A DNA stretch of 33,132 bases from the NCBI RefSeq assembly GCF_001194135.2, contig NC_068995.1, forward strand, positions 17,450,688 through 17,483,819, given 5' to 3'. Below the pieces are notes generated by a model that did no database searches, was not told where the DNA came from, and saw only the letters and a program-made list of their open reading frames with translations. This DNA is from Octopus bimaculoides (taxonomy: Eukaryota). A program made the position numbers and the translations under genes. Positions 12,558-24,213 of this stretch are shown in pieces. How positions within the stretch are numbered: the first letter of the stretch is position 1; every line of letters starts with the position of its first letter.

Positions 12558-12845
12558 GCAGTGCAGTCCGTTCAGTTGCTGGTATAGCTTTCAGTTCCAA
12601 AGTTAAGAAGCAGAACTTTTTAGGAACTTCCATATGTATATCACTGCATATCTTTCACGCCTTTTCTCTAGGGAGTAGAGATTCTGTTCATTTAGCCTTT
12701 TCCAGTAGCTCATCTGCGTCAGAGTCAATCTTCTTTGTGTAGTTGCGGCGGATTACTGCAAGTTCCGCGTCCATTTTGACTTGACGCTCTGCGGCCACCA
12801 TGGGTGAAAGCAGTAATCCAAACGACTCAGAATGAATGATCGCGG
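12558..12845 (-). mobile_element. CR1-clade LINE fragment (C-terminal reverse transcriptase region), frameshifted
   Basis: Minus-strand frames stitch to RSFILSRLDYCFHPWWPQSVK / KMDAELAVIRRNYTKKIDS / MSYWKRLNEQNLYSLEKRRERYAVIYIWKFL / NFGTESYTS, matching the CR1 ORF2 pattern LEYCxQxWxP...LERVQRRATK.I....YEERL..L.LFSLEKRR. Confidence 0.85.
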
Positions 12846-13140
12846 TTGGTTTACACTTGAACAAAACTTCACCCCTTTTGCACACCACACGCATATATCT
12901 GTTGCCATCATTCTGTGGAAATTTCGTTGAATTTTAAGAATTTGGGAGAGCTTTGTAAGTGAATAAATAAATAAATAAATACAAATTACTGTAATCTAAA
13001 GAAAATCTCTAAAATAAGGAGGTGAGACTCATATAATGTTTGTCATTGTGAAGAGGAAATCAGATAAGAAGCGGAAAAGCAACCTGAAATAAACGTATGT
13101 ATACACAGTTTCTCACATCATGCATACAAACACGCACACA

Positions 13141-13187
<47 letters not shown>

Positions 13188-13197
13188 NNNNNNNNNN

Positions 13198-13232
<35 letters not shown>

Positions 13233-13735
13233 CACACATAGATCTATGTATCTTCCAGTTATTTATATACAAGTACTTATGTATAAATGCACTATGGGGG
13301 TGCTTCAGCATGACCGCAACCGCATGGCTTAAACGAGTAAAAGTGTATATAGAAACATACACACACACATACATTGATATATGATATATATATACACAAT
13401 CATGCGCGGGCACGCACACACACGTAGACACACACACACACATATTTATATATGCATGGCGGGCAATTATATACGTGCAATATATATGTGAGTTTCATGG
13501 TCTATTTATATGTGTAAAATGGGATTATGCGCGAGTTGAAGCGTGTTGTGATAGAGATAAAAAAATTGGAGAAGGAAATATATGCATAAATAGAGAGGCA
13601 ATTACGGAGAGAGTGCAAGTGAATTAATTGAATTAACAAAAGTATCTATGCAGATGGATATTGGTCAAACTGATAAAGAAACATAGAGGATTAATTGATA
13701 GCATCTTTAGAATATAAAGTAAGACTCACTAATTG

Positions 13736-13773
<38 letters not shown>

Positions 13774-13795
13774 AGAAAATAAAACATCAAGATGT

Positions 13796-14140
13796 ACAGA
13801 AGTGGGTATGTGATAAGAAGCTTGCTTCCCAACCATATGACCCTGGGTTCAGCCCCACTGCGTGGCACTTTGGGCAAATGTCTTCTATAGCCTCGGGCCG
13901 ACCAAAGTCTTGTGAGTGGATTTGGTAGATAGAAAGTGAAAGAAGCTCGTCGTATATATGTGTGTATGTATGTATGTATGTATGTATGTAAGTATTTGTG
14001 TGTCTGTGTTTGTCACCCCACCGTCACTTGACAACCAATGCTGTTGTGTTTACGTCCGCGTAACTTAGCGGTTCGGCAAAATGGAACGATGGAATAAATA
14101 CTAAGCTTACAAAGAATAATTCCTGGGGTCGATCAGTTCA
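13796..14140 (+). mobile_element. tRNA-derived SINE, near full-length (octopus-type) with internal (TATG)n/(TG)n microsatellite
   Basis: Head ...AAGAAGCTTGCTTCCCAACCATATGACCCTGGGTTCAGCCCCACTGCGTGGCAC with B-box-like GGTTCAGCCCC (13846-13856). Homologous to copies at 20931-21050 (+) and 22577-22921 (-) within this window. Confidence 0.88.
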
Positions 14141-15139
14141 ATGAAAGTGTGAAATTAATGAAAATTATTACGAGGAAGAGAAAGTTAGCCTGAAGACTGG
14201 AGGCAGAGACTGAAATAGAAAACTAAGGAGATAATCAAGTAGAGGCTTGAAACGAAGATAGACATAATGAATGATCGATGGTAACTGATCGATGAAGAAA
14301 AGACAGAGAAGTGTAGGAGAACCAGGGTGTTATACATAATATGACAAACGATAGAGGGAATTTAAGAGACAGGAAATGTGCACATCAGGAAACATTTAAT
14401 TGCATATTGGCTTATGAGAAGGTGGAGCCTAAAGGTTATAGAAGCATTGAAAAAATAAATACACACGCTTACAATATACGATATACAGCATATGTATGTA
14501 TGCATGTTGGTATGTATATATATATATATATATATNNNNNNNNNNNNNNNNNNNNNNNNNNNNNNNNNNNNNNNNNNNNNNNNNNNNNNNNNNNNNNNNN
14601 NNNNNNNNNNNNNNNNNNNNNNNNNNNNNNNNNNNNNNNNNNNNNNNNNNNNNNNNNNNNNNNNNNNNNNNNNNNNNNNNNNNNNNNNNNNNNNNNNNNN
14701 NNNNNNNNNNNNNNNNNNNNNNNNNNNNNNNNNNNNNNNNNNNNNNNNNNNNNNNNNNNNNNNNNNNNNNNNNNNNNNNNNNNNNNNNNNNNNNNNNNNN
14801 NNNNNNNNNNNNNNNNNNNNNNNNNNNNNNNNNNNNNNNNNNNNNNNNNNNNNNNNNNNNNNNNNNNNNNNNNNNNNNNNNNNNNNNNNNNNNNNNNNNN
14901 NNNNNNNNNNNNNNNNNNNNNNNNNNNNNNNNNNNNNNNNNNNNNNNNNNNNNNNNNNNNNNNNNNNNNNNNNNNNNNNNNNNNNNNNNNNNNNNNNNNN
15001 NNNNNNNNNNNNNNNNNNNNNNNNNNNNNNNNNNNNNNNNNNNNNNNNNNNNNNNNNNNNNNNNNNNNNNNNNNNNNNNNNNNNNNNNNNNNNNNNNNNN
15101 TTTTTGAGTCTCCCTTCATGTTATAACATGAGATACAAT

Positions 15140-15560
15140 ACTATTACATGCCACAGTTCATCCTTGCTCCTAAATTGGCATTCATTATCTAAAACGTGTC
15201 CCCTTAGAATAGTCAACAAGCTTTCTTTTGGGTTTAAGTTTGGGGAAGACAGGCCACTTCATCTTCCGTGGTCCACAGAAGCCTAATTGTTGCAGTTAAT
15301 CTGTATTTTGTTTTCTTCGCTGATTGCGAGGGCGCATTATCTTGCGTAAATATTATGGTTGTCTTGAAGATGATCCGTTGCTTTTTTAACCAAGGTCCAT
15401 GGTGCTTCATTCGGAAAGTCTATATAAGCATACACGGTAATTTTAACATAGTCAGGCACCTTCCAAAGACCATAATGCCTCCAATAATACCTGTCCAAAT
15501 CATGATACCTCCTCCACCTTGTTGCCATCTCAAGCGTTGATGACGATCTCGTCCATTTAC
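15140..15560 (-). mobile_element. Tc1-like transposase fragment with D37E spacing (TRT-like), degenerate
   Basis: Minus-strand frames: RLRWQQGGGGIMIWTGIIGG / LWKVPDYVKIT.YAYIDF / IFKTTIIFTQDNAPSQSAKKT / LQQLGFCGPRKMKWP / SSPNLNPKESLLTILRGHVLDNECQFRSKDELWHVI. Catalytic D codon at 15341-15339, E codon at 15225-15223, 113 nt apart (37 codons + net 2 nt of indels). 3' part runs toward an N gap. Confidence 0.88.
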
Positions 15561-17034
15561 AAAGAATTGGAATGTACATACGAAATATAAAGAATTGGAA
15601 AGGATATATGAAATATTTTCAGTGTTCCTTTTCAAATTAACCGAACAAACGAACTTACCGCTAATTTAACACTAAATTTGTATCTACAGGAAATTTGTAT
15701 CGATACAGGAAACGGAACACTATATACACAAACGCTTGACTCAGTTATACGCAAATGCTGGAATTAATTATATATATGATCGCTGGAATTTAAACGTAGC
15801 CAGCAACACAAGATAGAGAATATTGAACAACACTCACACATAAAAAGAGCATTACATTAGATGAAGCACCTCCATTATACAACACCTCCACAGAAACAGG
15901 TGTTGTACTCGTTCACGCATGTATTGACACATTCACATACAAATTGGTACACACACAAATTCATACACACACACACACAAGCACAAGCACACGCATGCAC
16001 ACAAGCAGACACGCACGCACAAACATACATACATACATACAAGCCTAATAAATGAAGGAATATAAAAGGCAATGGTATTGCAACTAGGACTAAGATACGA
16101 TCATTGCATTGAAATATTATACTCACTCAAATAGAATCCGTTAGACTAAAAGCGCTGAAACATTTCTATCAATCCATAACTGCAGCCTAAAGTATATAAA
16201 CCGAGTATTGCCAGTCATGTATAACTCTTTCATGGATGTACCCCATATACGTCGAAAAATACAATGTAATCAGTATAATTCCATAAATATGTGCATGTTA
16301 TATTGAGGATAGCCCTACAATATCTTATTGAAAACAGTCACATACATTTAGTATTTTACGATGCTCCATATTAATCAGAAGGAAGACTGGATTAAACAAA
16401 AATGAAAGATTGGTAGAGGGAAAACAATAGATCACCAACAATGATAAATATATAAAGAAATACATTCGTAAATAAATAAAACAGTCGATTTAGTTACCGA
16501 ATGTGAATGAAACCCAGAAACAATAAAATTCATTATATACACAGACATGTAAATGCAAATTACATTTGGGATTTTTCAGAGCATCATTGAACTAGCAATA
16601 CACCTGAATTAACAATTGTAAGATATTGCACATTCACGTGTATTAGCACACGTATAAATGAATGCACTCGTTACGAAAGAAGACATGCAAAGATATAAAA
16701 CGCATGCGTGCACAAAGCACAGACGCGCGCACCTGAATACGCATGACCACACTTCCTTATGATCATGTGTATGTGCCCGAAAATTTAGAAAATACACTTA
16801 TATTTGCGAGTGTTTGTATATATAGAAACGGACATATATACCTTCGTGTACACGAAGCACAGCAAGTACTATGATTTGTATGCATCTACACATTTAAAAA
16901 CATTAAGACATGTCACAGAATATATTGTCGAGACACATTATCTGATATTTTCATTTTAGTGTAGGTAAACTGCAAGTATTATACATAAACACAGTGATAC
17001 CCGTGCATAGAAACACGCGCGTATATCCACATTC

Positions 17035-17320
17035 GCGAGTTTTGTTTCGTTTTCCATGAGACTTCTCTTTGAAAGGTTGATTACTCTTCGGTCATTTGAT
17101 CCAATATTTTTTTTACTCTTTGCACGATATTGTTGTTTTCTGTCGTTTTTGTTGGAATAACTGTGATTCTAATAAAAATCTGTTCTTTCTTGAAGCTTTC
17201 GTTTCTTCATGTTAGGTTTTCTTTTGTTTGGTGCTCTTTTCTTGTTTGTTTCTCCATTGTTATTGTTTGGGACTAATTTGTTGTGGTTGGCTTGCTTTTC
17301 GTAGGGAAATATAGGAGTTG
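17035..17320 (-). mobile_element. Probable Penelope-like element fragment (N-terminal region preceding RT)
   Basis: Minus strand reads ...KKNIGSNDRRVINLSKRSLMENETKL, resembling the V(I/V)NLS..LT..E..LL.KGL.F motif at the start of Penelope RT domains, preceded by N/K/Q-rich low-complexity coding-like sequence. Confidence 0.5.
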
Positions 17321-17346
17321 TCACCCCTTAATAAATTCTAGATGTA

Positions 17347-17795
17347 ACATGCAAAACGATAATACTATTGAATATGGAAAGACGCACATGTTCAATAGTT
17401 ACAGAAACGAATAGACGAGAGAAACGGCTGGTAGAATTCAATTTGTTCCTTCGGAAACCGAAATACCTCAAAATTTAATAACTCACTCCGTAACTAAAGC
17501 AAAATAAATCTCGATCTATACGTCACAGAGAAACGAACATGTTAAGGGTGAACCGAAAATGAAAATATAAATATTCCATTTGAAGACATTCATAATCTCA
17601 GGATCCACAACAACTTACATCAACAATATCCCGTCCCCGGTTCTATCAGTCATCAAAACACAAACATTTAACTGAGACAACACGAAGCAGCAAGAACCAA
17701 AGAAAGCCATTAAATCTCAAGAGACTTCTAACAAAGTCGAAATTCTCATCGGAGAAGCAAATAATACAAGTAACAAACTGCGTAGACCCTCGCCA
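17347..17795 (+). mobile_element. Penelope-like retroelement fragment (RT thumb to GIY-YIG linker), degenerate
   Basis: Plus-strand frames: CKTIILLNMERRTCSIVTETNRREKRLVEFNLFLRKPKY / PQNLITHSVTKAK / SKNQRKPLNLKRLLTKSKFSSEKQIIQVTNCVDPRH, matching Penelope motifs HCK.NIP.NLARRICTIV...RL.EL...L....YP..LI and R.P.NLK.LL.KAKF....V.KC..PRC. Confidence 0.72.
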
Positions 17796-18203
17796 TGCCC
17801 TGGTTATGGCATAAACGTATACTACTATCGACTACCCGGACAACACATGTAGCTTAAGCTGTGGATCTCCGCAGAGTCTTCTTCTATCAAATTGCCACGT
17901 GAATGGAAGAACGCTAGCCAAAGATGACGTACTGTGTGACTAAAGCCGAGACTACGGGGCTGCGAAATGAGCTTTTCAGCCAACCAACCAAGACTGTAAG
18001 TGTAAGTAATTGTACATATGTATTGTTATGTCTCAAGCTACTGCTATCTAGAACCTTCAGATAATCTCTACTCAACCGCTACACGACGGCTACTCAACAG
18101 TGATTCTCCCGTTAGTCTACTGTCAGTCCACTCCTACCACGGTCAGTCTACCTCTATTTATGTCTTGGTCGAGCCTACTTCTTCACTTGGGGGCGTCGAC
18201 ACA
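17795..18203 (-). mobile_element. Probable LTR-retrotransposon 5' end: LTR (~17923-18203) + primer binding site + start of internal region
   Basis: Minus strand begins TGTGTCG and ends CGTCATC (near-inverted termini TGTGACG...CGTCACA), contains ATAAATAG (TATA-like), followed after 2 nt by TGGCTAGC (17920-17913), a 7/8 match to TGGCGAGC, the complement of the tRNA-Arg(ACG) 3' end. More GC-rich than flanks. No gag/pol or second LTR seen. Confidence 0.45.
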
Positions 18204-18936
18204 GCATGTATGTATGTATGTATGTATGTATGTATGTATGTATGTATATATCTATCTATCTATCCATTTATCTATCTCTACGTAGATGTCTGACAGCGTG
18301 TATGTCTGTTTGTTGCCTGCCTGTCTCTCTCTATCTAATTATATATATATATATATATATATAACACTGAATGCGTAATTATTCCTGTTAATGGGGTTTT
18401 ATGCTAGTGTATATATTATAACTGCATAATTCCTATTAACTTAAAATAAAAAAAAAGGTTCATTTGACTTTCCATTACTTCAAGAAGAATGTAATGTGTA
18501 TCGATTTCAATATCTGTGTCACTTAAGCGAAAAACAATAAATAAGTAAATTAAAGACAGTACCGGCAACAACAACAGCAACACAAAACACTAGTATGACA
18601 ACTTTAACATCAAGANNNNNNNNNNNNNNNNNNNNNNNNNNNNNNNNNNNNNNNNNNNNNNNNNNNNNNNNNNNNNNNNNNNNNNNNNNNNNNNNNNNNN
18701 NNNNNNNNNNNNNNNNNNNNNNNNNNNNNNNNNNNNNNNNNNNNNNNNNNNNNNNNNNNNNNNNNNNNNNNNNNNNNNNNNNNNNNNNNNNNNNNNNNNN
18801 NNNNNNNNNNNNNNNNNNNNNNNNNNNNNNNNNNNNNNNNNNNNNNNNNNNNNNNNNNNNNNNNNNNNNNNNNNNNNNNNNNNNNNNNNNNNNNNNNNNN
18901 NNNNNNNNNNNNNNNNNNNNNNNNNNNNNNNNNNNN

Positions 18937-18977
<41 letters not shown>

Positions 18978-20930
18978 GAGAGAGAGAGAGAGAAAGATAG
19001 ATTGACACATGGAGGGAGAGACATATCTATATATGTATATATAGTGCAAAGTATAGGGCAAAACTATTCATGTTAAAAATACAATGATACTTTGACAGTG
19101 CTTGAAGGAAATTGATTGATTGACAAGTGTTCTATATTCAAGTAAAGTATCAAAAATATCTTTCAGGTTTGTCTTCGATATATTTGGAGGTAAGTTAAAA
19201 TAATCCTGTCTCCCTTCACAATCCTCCCAACCTTCACACACGTTATTTCTCGCATCCTGTTCCTCAATATCTGCGTCTCTCTTTCCCTCCTTCTTCTTTA
19301 GTTACGTATCTACATTCCTTTACAATTACATCTACCTTCTCTTTATGCTTGTGAATGTGTGTAGGTGTATATCTGTGTGAGAGTGATTTAGCTTGCGTGT
19401 GTATGGCAGGTGTGCAATAATGCATTAATGTGTAAATATATATATATATACACATTTGTGTTCTTGAGACTGTACATGCGTGCTTATACATAAATACACA
19501 ACACAACACACATGCTCTCGCACGCACATACATCTACAAATGTGTAGGTGTGTGAGCACCTGGAACTTCTGATTATTTTTCCTTACAATCACACTAATAG
19601 CTTCAATGCACTCTATTCTTTACAAATTACGTATCTTAAATATAATGTCATTTATTAAAACAACCATTTCCTCAAACCTACGTTATAACTCCAATTGGCT
19701 TTTTAGTTAACCTTTATTATAAGATCGAAAATATTTCACGCAGAATATTGTGTATGCTTTCGAGTAAAGTGAATTGAACGAAAATTTAGGTGACGAAGTC
19801 TAATCAGATCATAACAGGTCTAGAATTGTAGCAGCCCCTGTATTTTTAAATAGCATTGTAGCTAAGCAGTTCTCGATCTTTATTTTTAACTTTCAGTAAA
19901 TTTATGTTTCAGCAGACTTAACCGTCGTTCTTAAAGCCTAAGATACGGCTGAGTAATTAACCTCAATGCTGCTTCTCTATAATTACTGAATGTGCTTCTG
20001 TATTTTGCTTCATTCAGTTGTAATGTAGTTGTAATAAATTTGAATTTTGCAGAAGGAAGATAGAACTGCTAGTTAGCGAGAGACGATGAATATTCTTTTC
20101 TGATATATATATATATANNNNNNNNNNNNNNNNNNNNNNNNNNNNNNNNNNNNNNNNNNNNNNNNNNNNNNNNNNNNNNNNNNNNNNNNNNNNNNNNNNN
20201 NNNNNNNNNNNNNNNNNNNNNNNNNNNNNNNNNNNNNNNNNNNNNNNNNNNNNNNNNNNNNNNNNNNNNNNNNNNNNNNNNNNNNNNNNNNNNNNNNNNN
20301 NNNNNNNNNNNNNNNNNNNNNNNNNNNNNNNNNNNNNNNNNNNNNNNNNNNNNNNNNNNNNNNNNNNNNNNNNNNNNNNNNNNNNNNNNNNNNNNNNNNN
20401 NNNNNNNNNNNNNNNNNNNNNNNNNNNNNNNNNNNNNNNNNNNNNNNNNNNNNNNNNNNNNNNNNNNNNNNNNNNNNNNNNNNNNNNNNNNNNNNNNNNN
20501 NNNNNNNNNNNNNNNNNNNNNNNNNNNNNNNNNNNNNNNNNNNNNNNNNNNNNNNNNNNNNNNNNNNNNNNNNNNNNNNNNNNNNNNNNNNNNNNNNNNN
20601 NNNNNNNNNNNNNNNNNNNNNNNNNNNNNNNNNNNNNNNNNNNNNNNNNNNNNNNNNNNNNNNNNNNNNNNNNNNNNNNNNNNNNNNNNNNNNNNNNNNN
20701 NNNNNNNNNNNNNNNNNNNNNNNNNNNNNNNNNNNNNNNNNNNNNNNNNNNNNNNNNNNNNNNNNNNNNNNNNNNNNNNNNNNNNNNNNNNNNNNNNNNN
20801 NNNNNNNNNNNNNNNNNNNNNNNNNNNNNNNNNNNNNNNNNNNNNNNNNNNNNNNNNNNNNNNNNNNNNNNNNNNNNNNNNNNNNNNNNNNNNNNNNNAT
20901 ACATATATATACATACGTATAAATACACAC

Positions 20931-21050
20931 AGGAGTGGATATGTAAGAAGTTGCTTCCCAACCACATGCTTCCGGGATCAGTCCCACTGTGTGGCACCTT
21001 GGGTAACGTCTGTTATTATATCCTCGGGGCGACCAAAGTCTTGTGAGTAG
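20931..21050 (+). mobile_element. SINE head (same family as 13796-14140), ending in (TA)n
   Basis: AAGAAGTTGCTTCCCAACCACATGCTTCCGGGATCAGTCCCACTGTGTGGCACCTTGGG...GACCAAAGTCTTGTGAGT aligns with 13815-13920. Confidence 0.88.
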
Positions 21051-22576
21051 ATATATATATATATATATATATATATATCTTCATATGTATACGTAAATAC
21101 ACACACCAGTACACACAGAGGTACACACACATACTCATACATATAGATATACGCATATGTAATAACAATTTTTTTACGCTCGAACAATATTCGAAATCGA
21201 ATGTCTACAGACACAGCACTCGCGTGCATATCTACTAACCAAATTTTGAGTCTCAATGTATTTGCAGAAGTCAAATTCCTTATACTTATTAAAATTTCAT
21301 GTATTCTATGTTATGAATATCCATAAGATTTGGAACATACTGCTTCACAACTATTTGATCATGATTCAGAGAGAAAAAGAAAAAACACTTTTTTTGCAAT
21401 TTGCATCAGTAAAACAAAATTTAATCAGAAAAGGAGTAAAATATTTCCAAATATTTCTATTTCAGTTTACCTGTGCGAGATAAACAGGTAAGAAATAAAA
21501 TATAATTTTCATACAATAAAATACTGCTCGCACGCACATGTAGACAGAAGCACACAAACACGCACTCATGGGCTAAAAACGAAAGAAGGCGCCAAGAATT
21601 ATATAAAAGTAAACGTATGTAAAGGTGTTGGTGGAGGAAATGTTTAACACATCTACCGAAATAATTTATAAAAGCTGAAAGGTTTTGAACAATATTAACA
21701 TAATTTGAAGTTTCTGAATTTAAGAAAAAGGAAAAAGAAAATTATTTCTATTTTAGATATATTAATTCAGGATGTTGATTCGAACGACGGTGGTGGTGGG
21801 GATTACCATTAATATATTCAGTCTTGAAGGGAATTGACCTCTAATTGCCGATGGCTGAACACTGATTAATATGAAGAAAGATTAAGTATTTTTTTCTGTA
21901 AGGATACATATGCACACACCATATAAACACACACAGAAATGTATTTAGATATATATGTATATGTGTAATAGGTATGTATCTATGCGAATGAGTGTACACT
22001 GATGCACTCAGACACGCGTACGCAAAATATATATTTATCTTTGCTGCAAGGGTTAATTCATTGATTAGTTTGATTTTTAATATGTTGATGTAAAACAGTC
22101 CATCCTAGTAAATCACTAAATCTCAACAGAATCACACATGCTAATACACACACACCCTTCCTTGCATGTGTGTGCAATGTAGATTATATATATATATATA
22201 AGTAAGGACCCAGAAACAAATGTATGTATACTAAGAAGTTACTTGGAAGCCTAATCTTTTCCAGTTCATTCTCACTGCACAGCACCATATGCAGTTTTCA
22301 GATTATTAGAAAAGAATAGTAATTGCTTGAAAAGAAATATGTTTTATTACTGAAGGATATGGTCGTTTTAGATTTACTGCAAGATTTAGTATTGCTGTTT
22401 TATAAAAAATATTTCTTTTATTTATATCATGGAATTTAAAATTAGATTATTAAAATTTTTTAAATTATTATTAATATTTCAGTTATTTCTATTACCATTT
22501 AATCCATCTGAATGTCATATCTATATTTTCTATTCGTTTCTTTTTTGCTAATTTTGATTTATGTTTACTTTCAAAT

Positions 22577-22921
22577 TTTTCAGTCGTTCGAATGCAGCTG
22601 TACTAGACCATTGCCTAGAAGAATGTTAGTCAAACGAATCGATCCTAGTACTTATCTTTTAAATCTTGGTATTTATTCTATCGGTCTTTTTCGTCGAAGC
22701 GCTAACTAACGGGACGTAAACACACCAACATCAGTTGTGAAGCGGTGGACTTGGTAAAACTGAGAAAGAGAGACACATGCGTCTTCCAAATCCACTCACG
22801 ATACATCGGTTAGCCCGAGGCTATAGTAGACGACACTAACTGAAAGTGTCCTGCAATTAGACTGAACCCGGAAATATATTGTCGAGCGCCAAACTTCTTA
22901 CCACACAGTCATGTATGCACC
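22577..22921 (-). mobile_element. SINE, near full-length, reverse orientation, internal microsatellite region largely absent
   Basis: Reverse complement aligns with 13796-14140: head (GTGGTAAGAAGTTT...CCGGGTTCAGTC), CTATAGCCTCGGGC, GTGAGTGGATTTGG, tail GGTGTGTTTACGTCCCG...GAATAAATACC. Confidence 0.85.
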
Positions 22922-22970
22922 TAACTATTTACGATTCTGGACCATAGGTTATCTTCACCAAACTCAAATT

Positions 22971-23019
22971 ATTCTTTTACTTGTTTCAGTCATTTGACTG
23001 CGACCATGCTGGAGCACCG
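22971..23019 (-). mobile_element. SINE 3'-end fragment
   Basis: TTCTTTTACTTGTTTCAGTCATTTGACTGCGACCATGCTGGAGCACCG; homologous to 22577-22615 and 25718-25750. Confidence 0.7.
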
Positions 23020-23603
23020 AATTATATTTACTTTCACATTATAGACATTAAGTATTTATACATTTAAATCTAACAATTTCACCTACATAGAAGATCCGAG
23101 ACAAACTCAAATCCACCTATAAATATACGTGCATATATGTATATGAATGTATACATACGCCTAAGTTGTGTGTGACATAGCGCCGATTGAAACTGTATAA
23201 ATACCCATCTGTTGCATTGTACGTATAGAGATATATCACAATTTGGGGGACATTGTTTGCTTCTTGTAATTACGTTAGGGATACCGTACTACAGCTGTCT
23301 GGGTAACACTTAAAGGTTTAAGGCTGATTCAATGTACAACCAGATTCTGAAAACCTAGCTGACACAGAGAAGCAATTATATATATCCAAACATAAATAAG
23401 TTTATACATGTTGGTGAATATATATATATATANNNNNNNNNNNNNNNNNNNNNNNNNNNNNNNNNNNNNNNNNNNNNNNNNNNNNNNNNNNNNNNNNNNN
23501 NNNNNNNNNNNNNNNNNNNNNNNNNNNNNNNNNNNNNNNNNNNNNNATATATAGAGAGAGAGAGAGAGAGAGATGAATAGATATATAAATACATGTAAAT
23601 ATT

Positions 23604-23643
<40 letters not shown>

Positions 23644-24213
23644 AACACATATATATACATTGAGAAATACTTTTAATTTACCACTGGAAGTAAATGTAAT
23701 TACTCCGTGAATAATTGCGACATGTTGAACATTTCGATATATAAAATACCTGTGCCAATAATTAAGACTTCTCTCTCATTAGCAATGAAATTAATTGCCC
23801 TGTACAAAACGTCACTGAACTACGTAGACTAGAGGTTTTGCTGGATTTATTGGAAATCATCTTAAACTACCTACAATTATTCAAACAAAATGGCCGCTTA
23901 CGAAATTTATTGCTCCTTCGAGGATGTTCTCTGAATACCTATACAGCGTTTGTGTGCTACGCTACTGAACTTTACTACAATCTTAGTAAAATCATACCGT
24001 TGTTTCATTGCTGGTAGTATACATCTTATGAAAGAATAGTTCCTTTCTTTTAGAAAGAAACATTTAAAATGAAATGTTGAAAATATATTCAGAGATACGT
24101 TAGTCATTCCTGCCGTTACTGATCTAGAAACAGTTTAAAGAAATATTAGTGTGATTATATGATAATTCTGGATATTACACTTTTGGAGTCTGTTCTATTT
24201 TTAAAAAATCTAA

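Noticed and set aside
12794-12835. Perfect Kozak GCCACCATGG on plus strand
   Set aside because: Lies antisense within the CR1 LINE fragment and opens only an 11-aa ORF (MGESSNPNDSE).
12688-12894. Protein-like ORF MRVVCKRGEV...ELLEKAK
   Set aside because: Only its central part is in the LINE RT frame; it is a frameshift mosaic of the retroelement, not a host gene.
21466-21495. Possible 22-nt micro-exon (TTTCAG|...|GTAAGA)
   Set aside because: The donor is the mirror of an 8-bp hairpin stem (TTACCTGT...ACAGGTAA); too short to support without transcripts.
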